This document shows, piece after piece, positions 19,609-29,363 of a DNA stretch of 64,000 nucleotides. A program made the position numbers and the translations under genes. Source of the stretch: Candidatus Latescibacterota bacterium (GTDB lineage Bacteria; Latescibacterota; UBA2968; UBA8231); NCBI GenBank assembly GCA_965242865.1, contig CBDETK010000013.1, positions 3,648,001-3,712,000 of the forward strand. The letters run 5' to 3'. Position 1 is the stretch's first letter. The number at the start of each line of letters is the position of its first letter. Under the pieces are notes generated by a model that worked only from the letters and a program-made list of their open reading frames with translations, ran no database searches and had not been told where the DNA came from.

Positions 19609-21954
19609 TTATTTGAGCAGTAGCATCTTGTGGAATAACGAGGCCGTGCCCTTTTGTAGGCGCGCCAGATAAACTCCTGTGGCCACAGGAGTTCCGCGAG
19701 CGTCTGCCCCATCCCATTCAACTTGATAAGCACCTAGCCCCGTATAGCCATCGGCGAGCGTCTTCACCTTCTTGCCCTGTACGTCAAAAATTTCCAAGCG
19801 CACCCGGCCCGGCTCTTCAATGCGGTAGCGAATGGTGGTGGAGCTATTGAAGGGATTGGGATAGTTCAGCTCTAGGGCAAACTCCCGGGGCGCACCGCTT
19901 GGGCCGCCTTCCTCCTGCACAGCCGTCATACCTCCAGAGGACTGGGCGGCAACCAAGGAAATATCGTCGAGATAGAAGGTTCCGCGCAGGGAGCCGATGA
20001 AGCGCAGCGATTCAATGGGGCCATCGCTGCCGAGCTGGTCCAAGCCGACTTCAAGCACCTGCCACTGATCCAATTCCCAGTCCAATTGATCCGTCAGCTC
20101 CAGCCGATTACTGGTGTCGCCGTTGATAACCCACGCCAAGGAGGGCCGAAAGCCGCCGACCGCGGTCCCGGGATGCAGGGCCAAGCGCAGCCCGCCGTAG
20201 CCGACTTGAGCGACCGGAACGCGGGGCAGGAATTCAATGGTAAAACCGCGCGCTTCCACCCGCATCGCCCGCTGGCCAGCGAAGACGGTATCCGCATGGG
20301 TTGGGTCGATTTGGGCACTGTAGAGCGCGCCTTGATCCCAAGCGAGCTCGTCGGCAAAGAGGACTTGATCCGCTCTGGGCAGCACGGCGATAGAATGCAC
20401 CAGTTTGGTCGCCTCGTCGCCTTGGGCGAGATGCACCACCAGTTTTTTGCGACCGTTGTGCTCGCCGGCCGAGAGATCGGCTTCCAAGCGGTAGGTCTGG
20501 TCATCTATTCGTTGCAACGGCAGTGCTTCAGGGCCGCCCAGCGCAGCTAAGTCGGCCGTCAATTGGGCTGGTTCCGCGCCTTTTACCTGCCGCCGGAGGC
20601 GAATCGTCGAACGCAGGGACAGCACCGCGCCGGCGAGCAGGGTATCGGGCGGGGGGAGGTCCCACGTGCCTTGGAGAGGGCTGGCCTCAATGCGGAAGAC
20701 GGCTTGGGTGAAGTCATCGCTCGTCACGTAGAGGTGTCCGGCCTCGTCGGTAATCAGCCCGACGGGCTTACCCCACACGGTCCTTTCGTTGGGATTGGGA
20801 CGGAACCCGGTGAGAAAGTCGGCGACGCGGGCATTGGACCCATCTGGCTCGGTAAAGAGCGCCATGACCTTGTAGCCGGGATCATTGCCCAAGACCCCTG
20901 CACGGAAGGCGACAAACGCGGCGTGGTTGTACTGGGGGGGGAACTGGTCGTGCTCGTAGAAATGCAGCGCCATGGGCGCCAAGTGGGCCGGGACGAGGGC
21001 TGCCGGACGCTCCATGCTGGCCACCAATAGCGAGTCGGCACCAGTCAGCGGGAAGATCGCCCGTTGGTAGGCACCAATGGAGAAATCGGTCCAGACTTGG
21101 TAGGCGTAAGCCAAGGGCCAGCCATAGAAGTGGCCGTCGCGGAGAGGGGCGATCCACTCCGGCGGCAGGGCTCGGCCTTCGCGGTCGTGCCCGTTGCCAG
21201 CCCCCCACAGTTCGCCCGTAACCGGGTGCAAGTCAAGGCCGATGGCATTGCGCAGCCCAGCGGCAAAAATTCGGCGGCCCGTGCCATCGGCGTTCATCTC
21301 GATAACAGTGGACCGCTCCGGGTTGTCTTCGCGGCACAAGTCGCAACTGGAGCCAACGTGGAAGTAGAGCTTGTCGTTGGACTCGTCGAAAATTAGCGTA
21401 TGGGTCACGTGCTCGGAGGGGCTGCCCATAAAGCCGGGCACTTCGGCAAAGACAGCGCGCTCCTCGTAAAAGCCGTCTGCGTCTCGGTCTTTGAGGCGGT
21501 AGATCGCGTCGTCGTCGGCCACGAAGAGGGCACCTTGGTAGAAGGCGACGCTGTGGGGCCAGTGGAAGTCGTCGGCCACCTGGTACACGGTGTCGGCGCG
21601 GCCATCGCCGTCTCGGTCGGGCAAGGCCAGTACCGTACCTTGGCGGCCAGAGGCTGGGCTCCATTGATTCCTTCCCCGAGTCTTCATGTTGGCCACGTGC
21701 AGGACGCCTCGGTCGTCCCAAGCCATGAAGCGGGCTTTATCGACTTGATCGGAGAAGAGCTTGACCTTAAAGCCGGGCGGGAGGTTGAGCGTGCGATCGG
21801 GAAGCCCTTCGACCGGCACAGATTCGAGGTGGAGGTCCACCTTGGGCGTTAAGCGGATCTGGCCGGGGGGGTACTCGGCGTGAAGGGCCGAACTCGCGAG
21901 GATACAGAGCAGGGAGGCCAGCGTGGGAATCGGCCTAGCAGACAGAACAGACAT
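19609..21954 (-). CDS. Glucose/sorbosone dehydrogenase-like beta-propeller with C-terminal FlgD-Ig/T9SS-like sorting domain
   Basis: LNLPPGFKVKLF, VGSSCDLCRE, FAAGLRNAIG, YGWP; tail NYPNPFNSSTTIRY...WDG.D..G..VATGVYLARL...KMLLLK. Confidence 0.85.
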   Translation of the reverse strand: MSVLSARPIPTLASLLCILASSALHAEYPPGQIRLTPKVDLHLESVPVEGLPDRTLNLPPGFKVKLFSDQVDKARFMAWDDRGVLHVANMKTRGRNQWSPASGRQGTVLALPDRDGDGRADTVYQVADDFHWPHSVAFYQGALFVADDDAIYRLKDRDADGFYEERAVFAEVPGFMGSPSEHVTHTLIFDESNDKLYFHVGSSCDLCREDNPERSTVIEMNADGTGRRIFAAGLRNAIGLDLHPVTGELWGAGNGHDREGRALPPEWIAPLRDGHFYGWPLAYAYQVWTDFSIGAYQRAIFPLTGADSLLVASMERPAALVPAHLAPMALHFYEHDQFPPQYNHAAFVAFRAGVLGNDPGYKVMALFTEPDGSNARVADFLTGFRPNPNERTVWGKPVGLITDEAGHLYVTSDDFTQAVFRIEASPLQGTWDLPPPDTLLAGAVLSLRSTIRLRRQVKGAEPAQLTADLAALGGPEALPLQRIDDQTYRLEADLSAGEHNGRKKLVVHLAQGDEATKLVHSIAVLPRADQVLFADELAWDQGALYSAQIDPTHADTVFAGQRAMRVEARGFTIEFLPRVPVAQVGYGGLRLALHPGTAVGGFRPSLAWVINGDTSNRLELTDQLDWELDQWQVLEVGLDQLGSDGPIESLRFIGSLRGTFYLDDISLVAAQSSGGMTAVQEEGGPSGAPREFALELNYPNPFNSSTTIRYRIEEPGRVRLEIFDVQGKKVKTLADGYTGLGAYQVEWDGADARGTPVATGVYLARLQKGTASLFHKMLLLK

Positions 21955-22054
21955 GGGAAACTCCAGCTAAGGGGATCGGCTGTGGCGCAAAGCCGACGGT
22001 TAGCCGCCGGCCAGCTTGAGCTTGAGATACGAGCCTTATTAGATTAAGCAAAAC

Positions 22055-24118
22055 TTGGACTGCGTAAAAGAACCAGCTCGAGGAGCAAAAACAGTGCATA
22101 AATGGCCCATTCTCATCGCGCTCGCCCTGACTACAGCCCCGGCCGCCGCCCAGATTTCGCTGTGGAAGCTAGGCGGCCAAGGTTTAGCTTGGAGTCAAAA
22201 CGACAGCAGCGAAGTCTTTATCGACTTCGAGACCTTTCCCGGCTCCATAGCACCGACCTACTTCGATGGCCAAGAGAACATCCTCTCCCAACTTCCCTTT
22301 TGGTCGCCCTTCAAGTTTCCCATTGACTTGGGCTACGAAGACGGGCTCATTCCGCGAGTCTGGCGGGCGGCCAACGGCTTCTATTGGTTCACGGCAGGAA
22401 CCCTGACGACCGAGTGGGTTGACGGCGACAGCTCTTCGTACAGCCCCCCGGTGGCGCGTGGCATCAACTCGGAGTGGTACACCTTTGACGTAGGGGTCCC
22501 AGTGCCCGCCGACCTAGTCGGGTTCTACACCCCGCCGCACGGGTTCCGCGCCGACGGCACGCTTCTGCGCGACGACATCTTCAAGGCGTTTGAGGTCTCA
22601 ATCGCCGAGGAGTTCGACCCGGTCCTCAACCTAGAGAACAACGACAACGACTATCACCGCCTAGAGAAGCTCGTCGCTGATGTACCGCTCAACTTCGACG
22701 CCAACGTTCAACTCGAATTTCCCAAACAGTACGTGCGCTTCATACGCCTCCAGCGCAAGCCCTCCATCGACGACAAAGCCTTTGCCTCGGGCCAAGCCAA
22801 TGTCCAACAGGGAACCATCGGCGAGTTTGAGCTCAAAGGGGAAGGGGTGCCCAAACGGGTATTTTATCTCTCCAAGATCATCTTCTTAGGCCGCACAGTG
22901 AATTTCGGGCGTCTATTCTGGGACGCTACCCCCATGCGCATGATCGCTGGCGTCCCCACCCCGGTTGACGACGCCCAAGCCCGCCTCGCAATCTCCGTGC
23001 GCTCTGGCCGCGACGACGACCCCAACGTCTATTACGAGTTTACCGACACCGGGGCCGAGCGCATGGTCTCGCGCGAGCGATTTGAAAACGAACTCAAGCA
23101 ACCAGACCAGAGTACCGGCGGCCAGATCCAAGAGGGCAAGCCCGGCCTTAGAGCCTCGATCAACTACGACCAAGACAACTGGACCTTCTGGTCGTTTCCC
23201 ATCGCAAGGTCGGGGCAGCTCGCCCCGCTGGAGCGCGGGAACCACATCCAAGTGCGACTCACCTTCGAGAGCAGTTCCTTCTTCGACTTCGTGCGGCTCG
23301 ACTCGCTGTGGATTGAGGCTGCGTCGCCATTGGCCTCGCAGGTCATAGGCGAGATCGCCCGCTTGGACGAACCGACGCCCGATGGCGGCCTAACCGAGGT
23401 GTACTTAGGCGAGATGACGGACTTTACCTACGATGTGCGTACCCAGTTCGACGCGGCAAACCAACCGGGCTTTGATACCATCCGAATTCGCACGGGTAGC
23501 CGCCCCCAGTTCAAGCGGCTAGAGATGGGCCAGCCCCTCCAAGCACTAGAACCCGCTGAAGTGGTCGAGGGCGACAACGAGCTGGTCGTGCATCTACCGC
23601 AGGCGGTCACGCGCAGCCGCAACGAACCCGTGCGGCTGGTCTTTGGCACAGAGGTTTTCATCTTTGCCAACACGTTTGCCGGCGAGGTTTTCGACACGCG
23701 CGGCGAGAGCCTTCCGCAGCAGATTGAGGCCGGCAACGCCACCGACGCGGTCAACACCAACAGCCTGCGGGTTTTGGGCGGCGAACAAAAGGCCGGGGCA
23801 CCCATCGAAAACCTCGCTTTTTCGAGCGAGGTATTGACCCCTAATGGAGACGGCACCAACGATGTGTTGGCCATCAACTATACCTTGTTCCGCCTGCCCG
23901 GGCCGGTGCCTGTGGCCCTCAACATCTACGATTTGCGCGGCATCCGGGTCGGCGGTCTAGACGTTGGAATGCAGGATGCCGGGCCGCAAACCGTGCAATG
24001 GGACGGTCGCGATGCGAGCGGCGAGTTATTGGTCCCGGGTTTGTACCTCGTAGAGATCGCCCTTGAGTCGGAATTCAAAACCTTCCGCCACCAGCAGCCG
24101 TTGGGCTTGGCGTACTAG
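22055..24118 (+). CDS. Secreted hypothetical protein with C-terminal FlgD-Ig-like domain
   Basis: Signal peptide (true start may be GTG 22094); tail VLTPNGDGTND...IYDLRG...WDGRDASGELLVPGLYL. Confidence 0.75.
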   Translation: MDCVKEPARGAKTVHKWPILIALALTTAPAAAQISLWKLGGQGLAWSQNDSSEVFIDFETFPGSIAPTYFDGQENILSQLPFWSPFKFPIDLGYEDGLIPRVWRAANGFYWFTAGTLTTEWVDGDSSSYSPPVARGINSEWYTFDVGVPVPADLVGFYTPPHGFRADGTLLRDDIFKAFEVSIAEEFDPVLNLENNDNDYHRLEKLVADVPLNFDANVQLEFPKQYVRFIRLQRKPSIDDKAFASGQANVQQGTIGEFELKGEGVPKRVFYLSKIIFLGRTVNFGRLFWDATPMRMIAGVPTPVDDAQARLAISVRSGRDDDPNVYYEFTDTGAERMVSRERFENELKQPDQSTGGQIQEGKPGLRASINYDQDNWTFWSFPIARSGQLAPLERGNHIQVRLTFESSSFFDFVRLDSLWIEAASPLASQVIGEIARLDEPTPDGGLTEVYLGEMTDFTYDVRTQFDAANQPGFDTIRIRTGSRPQFKRLEMGQPLQALEPAEVVEGDNELVVHLPQAVTRSRNEPVRLVFGTEVFIFANTFAGEVFDTRGESLPQQIEAGNATDAVNTNSLRVLGGEQKAGAPIENLAFSSEVLTPNGDGTNDVLAINYTLFRLPGPVPVALNIYDLRGIRVGGLDVGMQDAGPQTVQWDGRDASGELLVPGLYLVEIALESEFKTFRHQQPLGLAY

Positions 24119-24123
24119 CCACA

Positions 24124-24193
24124 TTGTTCTCTCAATGCCTATCAGAGATATAAGCCGCTTGTTCTCTCAATGCCTATCAGAGATATAAGCCGC
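24124..24193 (+). repeat. Perfect 35-bp tandem duplication spanning the methyltransferase start codon
   Basis: ttgttctctcaatgcctatcagagatataagccgc at 24124-24158 and 24159-24193. Confidence 0.95.
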
Positions 24194-24757
24194 TTGGGCG
24201 AAGACATCGTATTTGAAGAGAGCCTCAGGGGACGCACCTTTACCTTTCACTCCACTTGGGGGCTTTTTAACCCCAAGCGCATCGACCCCGGTACGCGGTT
24301 GCTCATTGACCATATCAAAGCCCGGCCTACCGACTGCTGCCTCGACCTAGGATGCGGATATGGTCCAATCGGCTTGGCGTTGGCTTTTCTCTGCTCAGAG
24401 GGCGAGGTCCACCTAGTCGATAAGGACTTTGTCGCGGTCAACTACGCGGCCCAAAACGCCGAGCGCAACGGACTGGCCAATTGTCGCGCCTACTTGAGTA
24501 ATGCCTTCAGCCACGTGCCCGCACACGTGCGCTTTGACACGATTGCCTCCAACTTGCCCGCAAAAACAGGCAATGAACTCCTGACGATCATCATGCACGA
24601 TGCCTGCGCCCGCCTCAAGCCGGGCGGGCATCTATGGGTCGTCACCATTGCCGGGCTGAAGGAGTACATCAAGCGCAATTTCAAGGAGGTCTTCGGCAAT
24701 TACAAAAAGATCAAACAGCGGGGGACCTACCTATTATCTCTGGCCGTTAAAGAGTAA
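24170..24757 (+). CDS. Class I SAM methyltransferase (RsmC/MTS-like)
   Basis: GLFNPKRIDPGTRLL, LDLGCGYGPIG, SNLP. Confidence 0.85.
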   Translation: MPIRDISRLGEDIVFEESLRGRTFTFHSTWGLFNPKRIDPGTRLLIDHIKARPTDCCLDLGCGYGPIGLALAFLCSEGEVHLVDKDFVAVNYAAQNAERNGLANCRAYLSNAFSHVPAHVRFDTIASNLPAKTGNELLTIIMHDACARLKPGGHLWVVTIAGLKEYIKRNFKEVFGNYKKIKQRGTYLLSLAVKE

Positions 24758-24775
24758 GGCCGCACTTAGCGAACC

Positions 24776-25828
24776 TTACAGCAGCTCCTCATTTACCTCG
24801 ACGCCAAAGCCCGAGCCTTCGGGCAGTACTAAGTGCCCCTCCCGTGGTTGCGGCTCCCCTGACCACAGCTCGTCGCGCACCGCACCGCGCCGGCCCATGA
24901 CCACTTCGGCCAAATTGTCGCCGTAGCCGGCCGCCAAAAGGTGCAACCCCCAAATCTCGCCGCCGCGGTGCGGCACCAAGGGGACGCCGTGTGCTTGAGC
25001 GAGCTCGGCAATGCGGAGGGCCGCCGTTAAACCGCCGCACCAAGTGACGTCCGGTTGCCACAAGTCCAGTGCCCGCACCTTGGCGATATGACCGAAATCT
25101 CGCACGGTGAATTCGTGTTCGCCGCCCGCTAGCAAAATGGGTTGAAGCTGCGGCCGCAACGCCGCCAAGCCATCCAAGTCGTCGGGCAACAGCACGTCTT
25201 CAAACCAATAGATGTTGAACGGCGCGAGTTGCCGCGCTACGGCCAAGGCAAAGTCGGGCGACCACGACATGTAAGCGTCGATCATCAAGAGCGCGTCTTC
25301 GCCCAAGGTCTGACGCGCTCCTCGGGCCCACTCAAGTATGCCTGCCGCGTCTTCCGCTTGGCTCGCTCTCCGCGTCTGCGAAGCCTTGTGGGCGTCAAAA
25401 CCCAAGTCGCGATACCAAGCACAATCCGGGCCTGTGGCGTAGGCCCGCACCTCGTCTCGCTGCGGTCCCCCCAGCAAGTCGCAGACGGATTTCCCTTCTG
25501 CCCGGCCCAAGACATCCCACAGGGCCAAATCCACGCCGCTGATGGCCATGACGGCGACCCCGCTGCGACCGTAGGGCAAACTGGCCTTGTACTGGTCGTC
25601 CCAGAGCTGGGCGACATCTTCAATGCTGTTGACGCTGCGCCCCACCAGCAACTCGCGCAGGTGGCGGTTGATCACCGCTGCGGCCGCAATCCCGCCGCCA
25701 CCCGCTCCCCAGCCGCTAACGCCGACATCCGTGTCTATGCGCACGACCATCTGCCAGAAGTGTCGGCGCCAAGCAGCGGGCGCGACGCGATAGCGGGGAT
25801 ACACGGACCGCACCTCGGTTATTTTCAT
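24776..25828 (-). CDS. Mandelate racemase/enolase-superfamily dehydratase (L-rhamnonate dehydratase-like)
   Basis: YGRSG..MAISGVDLALWD, LMIDAYMSW, WFED, GGEHE, QPDVTWCGG. Confidence 0.85.
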   Translation of the reverse strand: MKITEVRSVYPRYRVAPAAWRRHFWQMVVRIDTDVGVSGWGAGGGGIAAAAVINRHLRELLVGRSVNSIEDVAQLWDDQYKASLPYGRSGVAVMAISGVDLALWDVLGRAEGKSVCDLLGGPQRDEVRAYATGPDCAWYRDLGFDAHKASQTRRASQAEDAAGILEWARGARQTLGEDALLMIDAYMSWSPDFALAVARQLAPFNIYWFEDVLLPDDLDGLAALRPQLQPILLAGGEHEFTVRDFGHIAKVRALDLWQPDVTWCGGLTAALRIAELAQAHGVPLVPHRGGEIWGLHLLAAGYGDNLAEVVMGRRGAVRDELWSGEPQPREGHLVLPEGSGFGVEVNEELL

Positions 25829-25952
25829 GCGTAAACCCTTGTGTACATTTTGTTTTTGTCGCCTTCCATTTTGGAAATAATCCGCTTCGTATCGTATTAT
25901 TTACATATACCAAACACCTTGTATTCTTGTACCCCCATTATAGGAGCAGCCC

Positions 25953-27161
25953 ATGTCCTTAGGACGCAACCTAAAAGAGCTGCGACAGAAACAATCGCTC
26001 AATCAGAAAGACCTCTCAGACCGCTCCGGCGTCTCCCAAGCCACCATCTCCCGCATTGAAACGGGCCGAGTGCAACCGGGTTCGTCTGCTATAAAAAGTT
26101 TAGCCGATGCCCTCTGCGTTTCGACCGACTCCCTAATGGACGACAAGGGGCACTTAGCCCAAGTCCACAAAGACCGTTTGCATCAAATCGCCGAGACCCT
26201 TAACGCCCTCGTCATCCACGAAAGCGGACAGTTGCTCTTCATCAGCCAGACCTTGGCCGACCTGCTGGGTTATCGCGGAGAAGAATTGCTCGCCAAAGAC
26301 AGCATTGAGCTAATGTTCGCTCCTCAGTCTCGGCTCACAGCTCGGCATATTGTTGCTAGCGGCTCGTCCACGGCCTACGAAGTGCTCATGGTGTGCAGGG
26401 ACGGCAACCTTCTTCCCGCTGAGATCAACAACGTCAACATCAGCGAAAAAGTGCGCTTGGTCACTGTGCGCGACATGACCGATCACTGCTGTCAGCAAGG
26501 GGCCTTCCGCGTCTTGCAGGCTGGTTGCGAAGCGGAAAAGGTGCGCGATCTAGACAAGGTCGTGCGCATTCTGGGCGACGAGCTAGAGGCTATGGGCATC
26601 CAATTCGAGGCGGTTGACCTACAGGTCATTGACGAACAAAGGAACCTCTTGGCTTGCTATCGAGCCTATTCCGAAGCACGGGGCTACCACTCCTTACAGA
26701 ACGTGGTACATCTCCGAGAATCGCTCGGGCACTTTGCTTCTCTACGGAGGTTGCTTAGCCACTGGCACCGCCGAAAGGTCTGGGAGCGCAAGGCCGACGA
26801 GGACTTTCAACAGGCGACCCAAGAAATTTTCTCGGACTCGATGTATCGCCCCGGACTGCTGATTGACGTGCCCTTTACCCAGGGCATGCTAGGTTTGGGG
26901 CTACCCATGGGATTACCTAGGCTCCCCAAACAGCTAGCGACCATATTGGACGTGTTCGCCCGCTCTATCTCTTTAGTTGTTAAGCAGCTATTTGAGCTTC
27001 AATCGCTACGCGAAAAGCTGGACTCTTTTCCCATCAGCCCTACGGCTCCTGCCCCAACAGCAGACCTAAAAGCACTTGTCGTTGCTCCCTCTAAAGCTAT
27101 GACCGTGCTTCCTCAGGGAGAACTTTCCGCTGGCCGGAGGGCAGCGGAGGGGCCTCCTTGA
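25953..27161 (+). CDS. XRE-family HTH regulator with PAS domain and uncharacterised (GAF-like?) C-terminus
   Basis: LKELRQKQSLNQKDLS..SGVSQATISRIETG; PAS-like LADLLGYRGEELL...RDGNLLPAEI...VRDMT. Confidence 0.75.
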   Translation: MSLGRNLKELRQKQSLNQKDLSDRSGVSQATISRIETGRVQPGSSAIKSLADALCVSTDSLMDDKGHLAQVHKDRLHQIAETLNALVIHESGQLLFISQTLADLLGYRGEELLAKDSIELMFAPQSRLTARHIVASGSSTAYEVLMVCRDGNLLPAEINNVNISEKVRLVTVRDMTDHCCQQGAFRVLQAGCEAEKVRDLDKVVRILGDELEAMGIQFEAVDLQVIDEQRNLLACYRAYSEARGYHSLQNVVHLRESLGHFASLRRLLSHWHRRKVWERKADEDFQQATQEIFSDSMYRPGLLIDVPFTQGMLGLGLPMGLPRLPKQLATILDVFARSISLVVKQLFELQSLREKLDSFPISPTAPAPTADLKALVVAPSKAMTVLPQGELSAGRRAAEGPP

Positions 27162-27183
27162 TGTGGGGGCGATCCTTTTTCCC

Positions 27184-28506
27184 CTACGGCTCAAGCGTCT
27201 GGTGCGCTTTGCGCTGCAACTCCTCTACCACCTGTTCGATGTCCCCGCCTTCAATCGCCTCTACCATCGCCTCTTGAATTAACCGCCGCACTTGTTCATA
27301 TCCTGCCATGGTCGGCTCTGATTTTCCGTATTCCAACATTCCAAACGCCACTCCATAATGCGGGTTTTCCTCAAAGTAGCTCTCCAACTCCCGCGCAGTA
27401 CTCTTGCGCACTGGAAAGTAGTTGCTTGCCCGCACCCACCGCGCCTGTTGCTCCGGCGCAGTAAACCACTTGAGGAAAAGCCAAGCCGCTAGCTGTTTTT
27501 CGGGCGTACCAGCGCAGATTGACACGCTGGCCCCATACACGTCAACGACCGGCCTCGGTCCAGTCTGCGGCGGATGGGTTACTCCCCACTCAAAGACCAG
27601 CCCAGAGTCCTCAATGCCGCTCTTGTAAAAGGGTAGCCCAGAGGAAGAAGCCTGAGAGAAGAGGATCTGACCGGTGACAAAGTCGTTTAGATCGGCATCC
27701 TGTTCGCCGGTGATGTCTAGCGCGCCGTCCTGCGCTAACTCCTGTATCAGCTCTAACACCGCTTTAACTTCTGGCGAATCCAGCGCATACGTGGTGCCGG
27801 TCGCATCGACTAGGTCGCCGCCGCGACTGAAGACCATCGCGGCGAATCGGCTGGCGTCAACATCCAACAAAAAACCCAAACTGCGGGCTGGGTCTTCGTT
27901 TTTGCTAAAGGCTTGCTCTTTGGCCAAGCGGCACATCGCGGCAAAATCGTCCCAAGTCGCAGGTGGCCCGTCGTAGCCCAACTCGCGCAACCAATCAAAA
28001 TTGTAGTAGAGCAACTCCATCGAGCGATTCGGCGGGAAGCCTATCTGCACTCCGCCGACCTTGTCCTGCTCCAGAAACGCCTCGACGTAGTCGCCGCGCT
28101 CTTCTGGCGACAATCCCCATTGGGGCGAATCCATATAGGGCGTGATATCCACTATGCCATCGGCTTGGTAGTAAGCCAAGGCTTGGTTTTGGTAGGCTAC
28201 GACCAAGTTGGCGGCCAGCGAACCGCTCTGGATACCCACGTTCATCTTGTTGTAGATGTCCCCATAGCGACCCACGTACTCGCCGCGGACCTCAATCCCA
28301 TAGCGGTTCGTCTGGTTAAAGTCGGCAATTAGGGCTTGCAGGGCCTCTTCGCGCTCGCGGGTGTGTTGATACCAAAAGACGATCTCCTGTCCTTGCGGGT
28401 CGAGGCCTTCGACACTGGTCTGCTGCTCGTAAACGACCTCTTGCGAGCCGCCACAGGCCCCCAGCAAGGCACACCAAACCACCGTCATCGCACTGCTCGG
28501 TTTCAT
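27184..28506 (-). CDS. Carbohydrate/UgpB-like ABC transporter substrate-binding lipoprotein
   Basis: Lipobox LGAC; IVFWYQ, LLYYNFD, AAWLFLKWFT, YFPVRKS. Confidence 0.85.
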   Translation of the reverse strand: MKPSSAMTVVWCALLGACGGSQEVVYEQQTSVEGLDPQGQEIVFWYQHTREREEALQALIADFNQTNRYGIEVRGEYVGRYGDIYNKMNVGIQSGSLAANLVVAYQNQALAYYQADGIVDITPYMDSPQWGLSPEERGDYVEAFLEQDKVGGVQIGFPPNRSMELLYYNFDWLRELGYDGPPATWDDFAAMCRLAKEQAFSKNEDPARSLGFLLDVDASRFAAMVFSRGGDLVDATGTTYALDSPEVKAVLELIQELAQDGALDITGEQDADLNDFVTGQILFSQASSSGLPFYKSGIEDSGLVFEWGVTHPPQTGPRPVVDVYGASVSICAGTPEKQLAAWLFLKWFTAPEQQARWVRASNYFPVRKSTARELESYFEENPHYGVAFGMLEYGKSEPTMAGYEQVRRLIQEAMVEAIEGGDIEQVVEELQRKAHQTLEP

Positions 28507-28529
28507 CGCTATCCTTTATCCTCGCTTTA

Positions 28530-29363
28530 TCACTTGAACCCAGATATGGAAATGCCTTCCGTGAATTCGCGCTGAATGAGAAAATACGCCAAGAGCACGG
28601 GAGCGGTCGCAATGACGGCCCCGGCCATTTGTAGGTGTACCTCGGTCCCGGCCTCACTGGCAAACTGCTGCAAACCCACTGCGATCGGCCGCCAATCGGG
28701 CGTGTTGGTCACGAGTAAAGGCCAAGCCAAGGCGTTCCAAGAACCAATATAGGTAAACATGCCGACCGTCAAGAGCGGTGCCCGACACAGGGGGACCGCG
28801 ATCTGAAACAGAAAGCGCACGTGACCGGCTCCCTCAATCCGGGCCGCATCCCACAGCTCGTTGGGCAGGCCACGCATAAATTGACGCAAAAGAAAAATGC
28901 TAAAAGCACTAGCCATAAAGGGAATGGTCAAGGCCGGCCAGCTATTGAGCCAAGCAAACGGCGTATTGTGGTGCAGCCAAGTCACGACGAGAAAATTCGG
29001 CACGATGGTCACGGCTTCGGGGATCATCAGAGTAGCCAAGACGCCGGTAAAGACCGCATCTCGTCCACGGAACTGCATCCGCGCCAGCGGGTAGGCCGCC
29101 ATAAGCGAGAACAGCAGCGTCCCGCTGACTTGGAGGACGGCGATGATCAGCGAGTTCTCAAAGTAGAGACCAAAATCCGCCTCTTGCCAAGCTGTGATAT
29201 AATTGTCCCATTGTACGCGCTCAGGCAGCAAGGCCCGCCGCAGGGATTCCCCGCGGCTCATAAAAGAGGCCAAAAGCATCCATGCGAACGGAAAGCTCGC
29301 GGCCAGCCCCCCCAAGCTCAAGCCGCAGTAAATCAGCCCCGCTTTGCCACCCCTAGCTGCCAT
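28530..29363 (-). CDS. Carbohydrate ABC transporter permease (MalG/UgpE-like)
   Basis: ELWDAARIEGA (EAA loop), WNALAWPLLV. Confidence 0.9.
   Translation of the reverse strand: MAARGGKAGLIYCGLSLGGLAASFPFAWMLLASFMSRGESLRRALLPERVQWDNYITAWQEADFGLYFENSLIIAVLQVSGTLLFSLMAAYPLARMQFRGRDAVFTGVLATLMIPEAVTIVPNFLVVTWLHHNTPFAWLNSWPALTIPFMASAFSIFLLRQFMRGLPNELWDAARIEGAGHVRFLFQIAVPLCRAPLLTVGMFTYIGSWNALAWPLLVTNTPDWRPIAVGLQQFASEAGTEVHLQMAGAVIATAPVLLAYFLIQREFTEGISISGFK

Noticed and set aside
24124-24193. 35-bp repeat as a CRISPR array
   Set aside because: Two abutting copies, no spacer, no cas genes.
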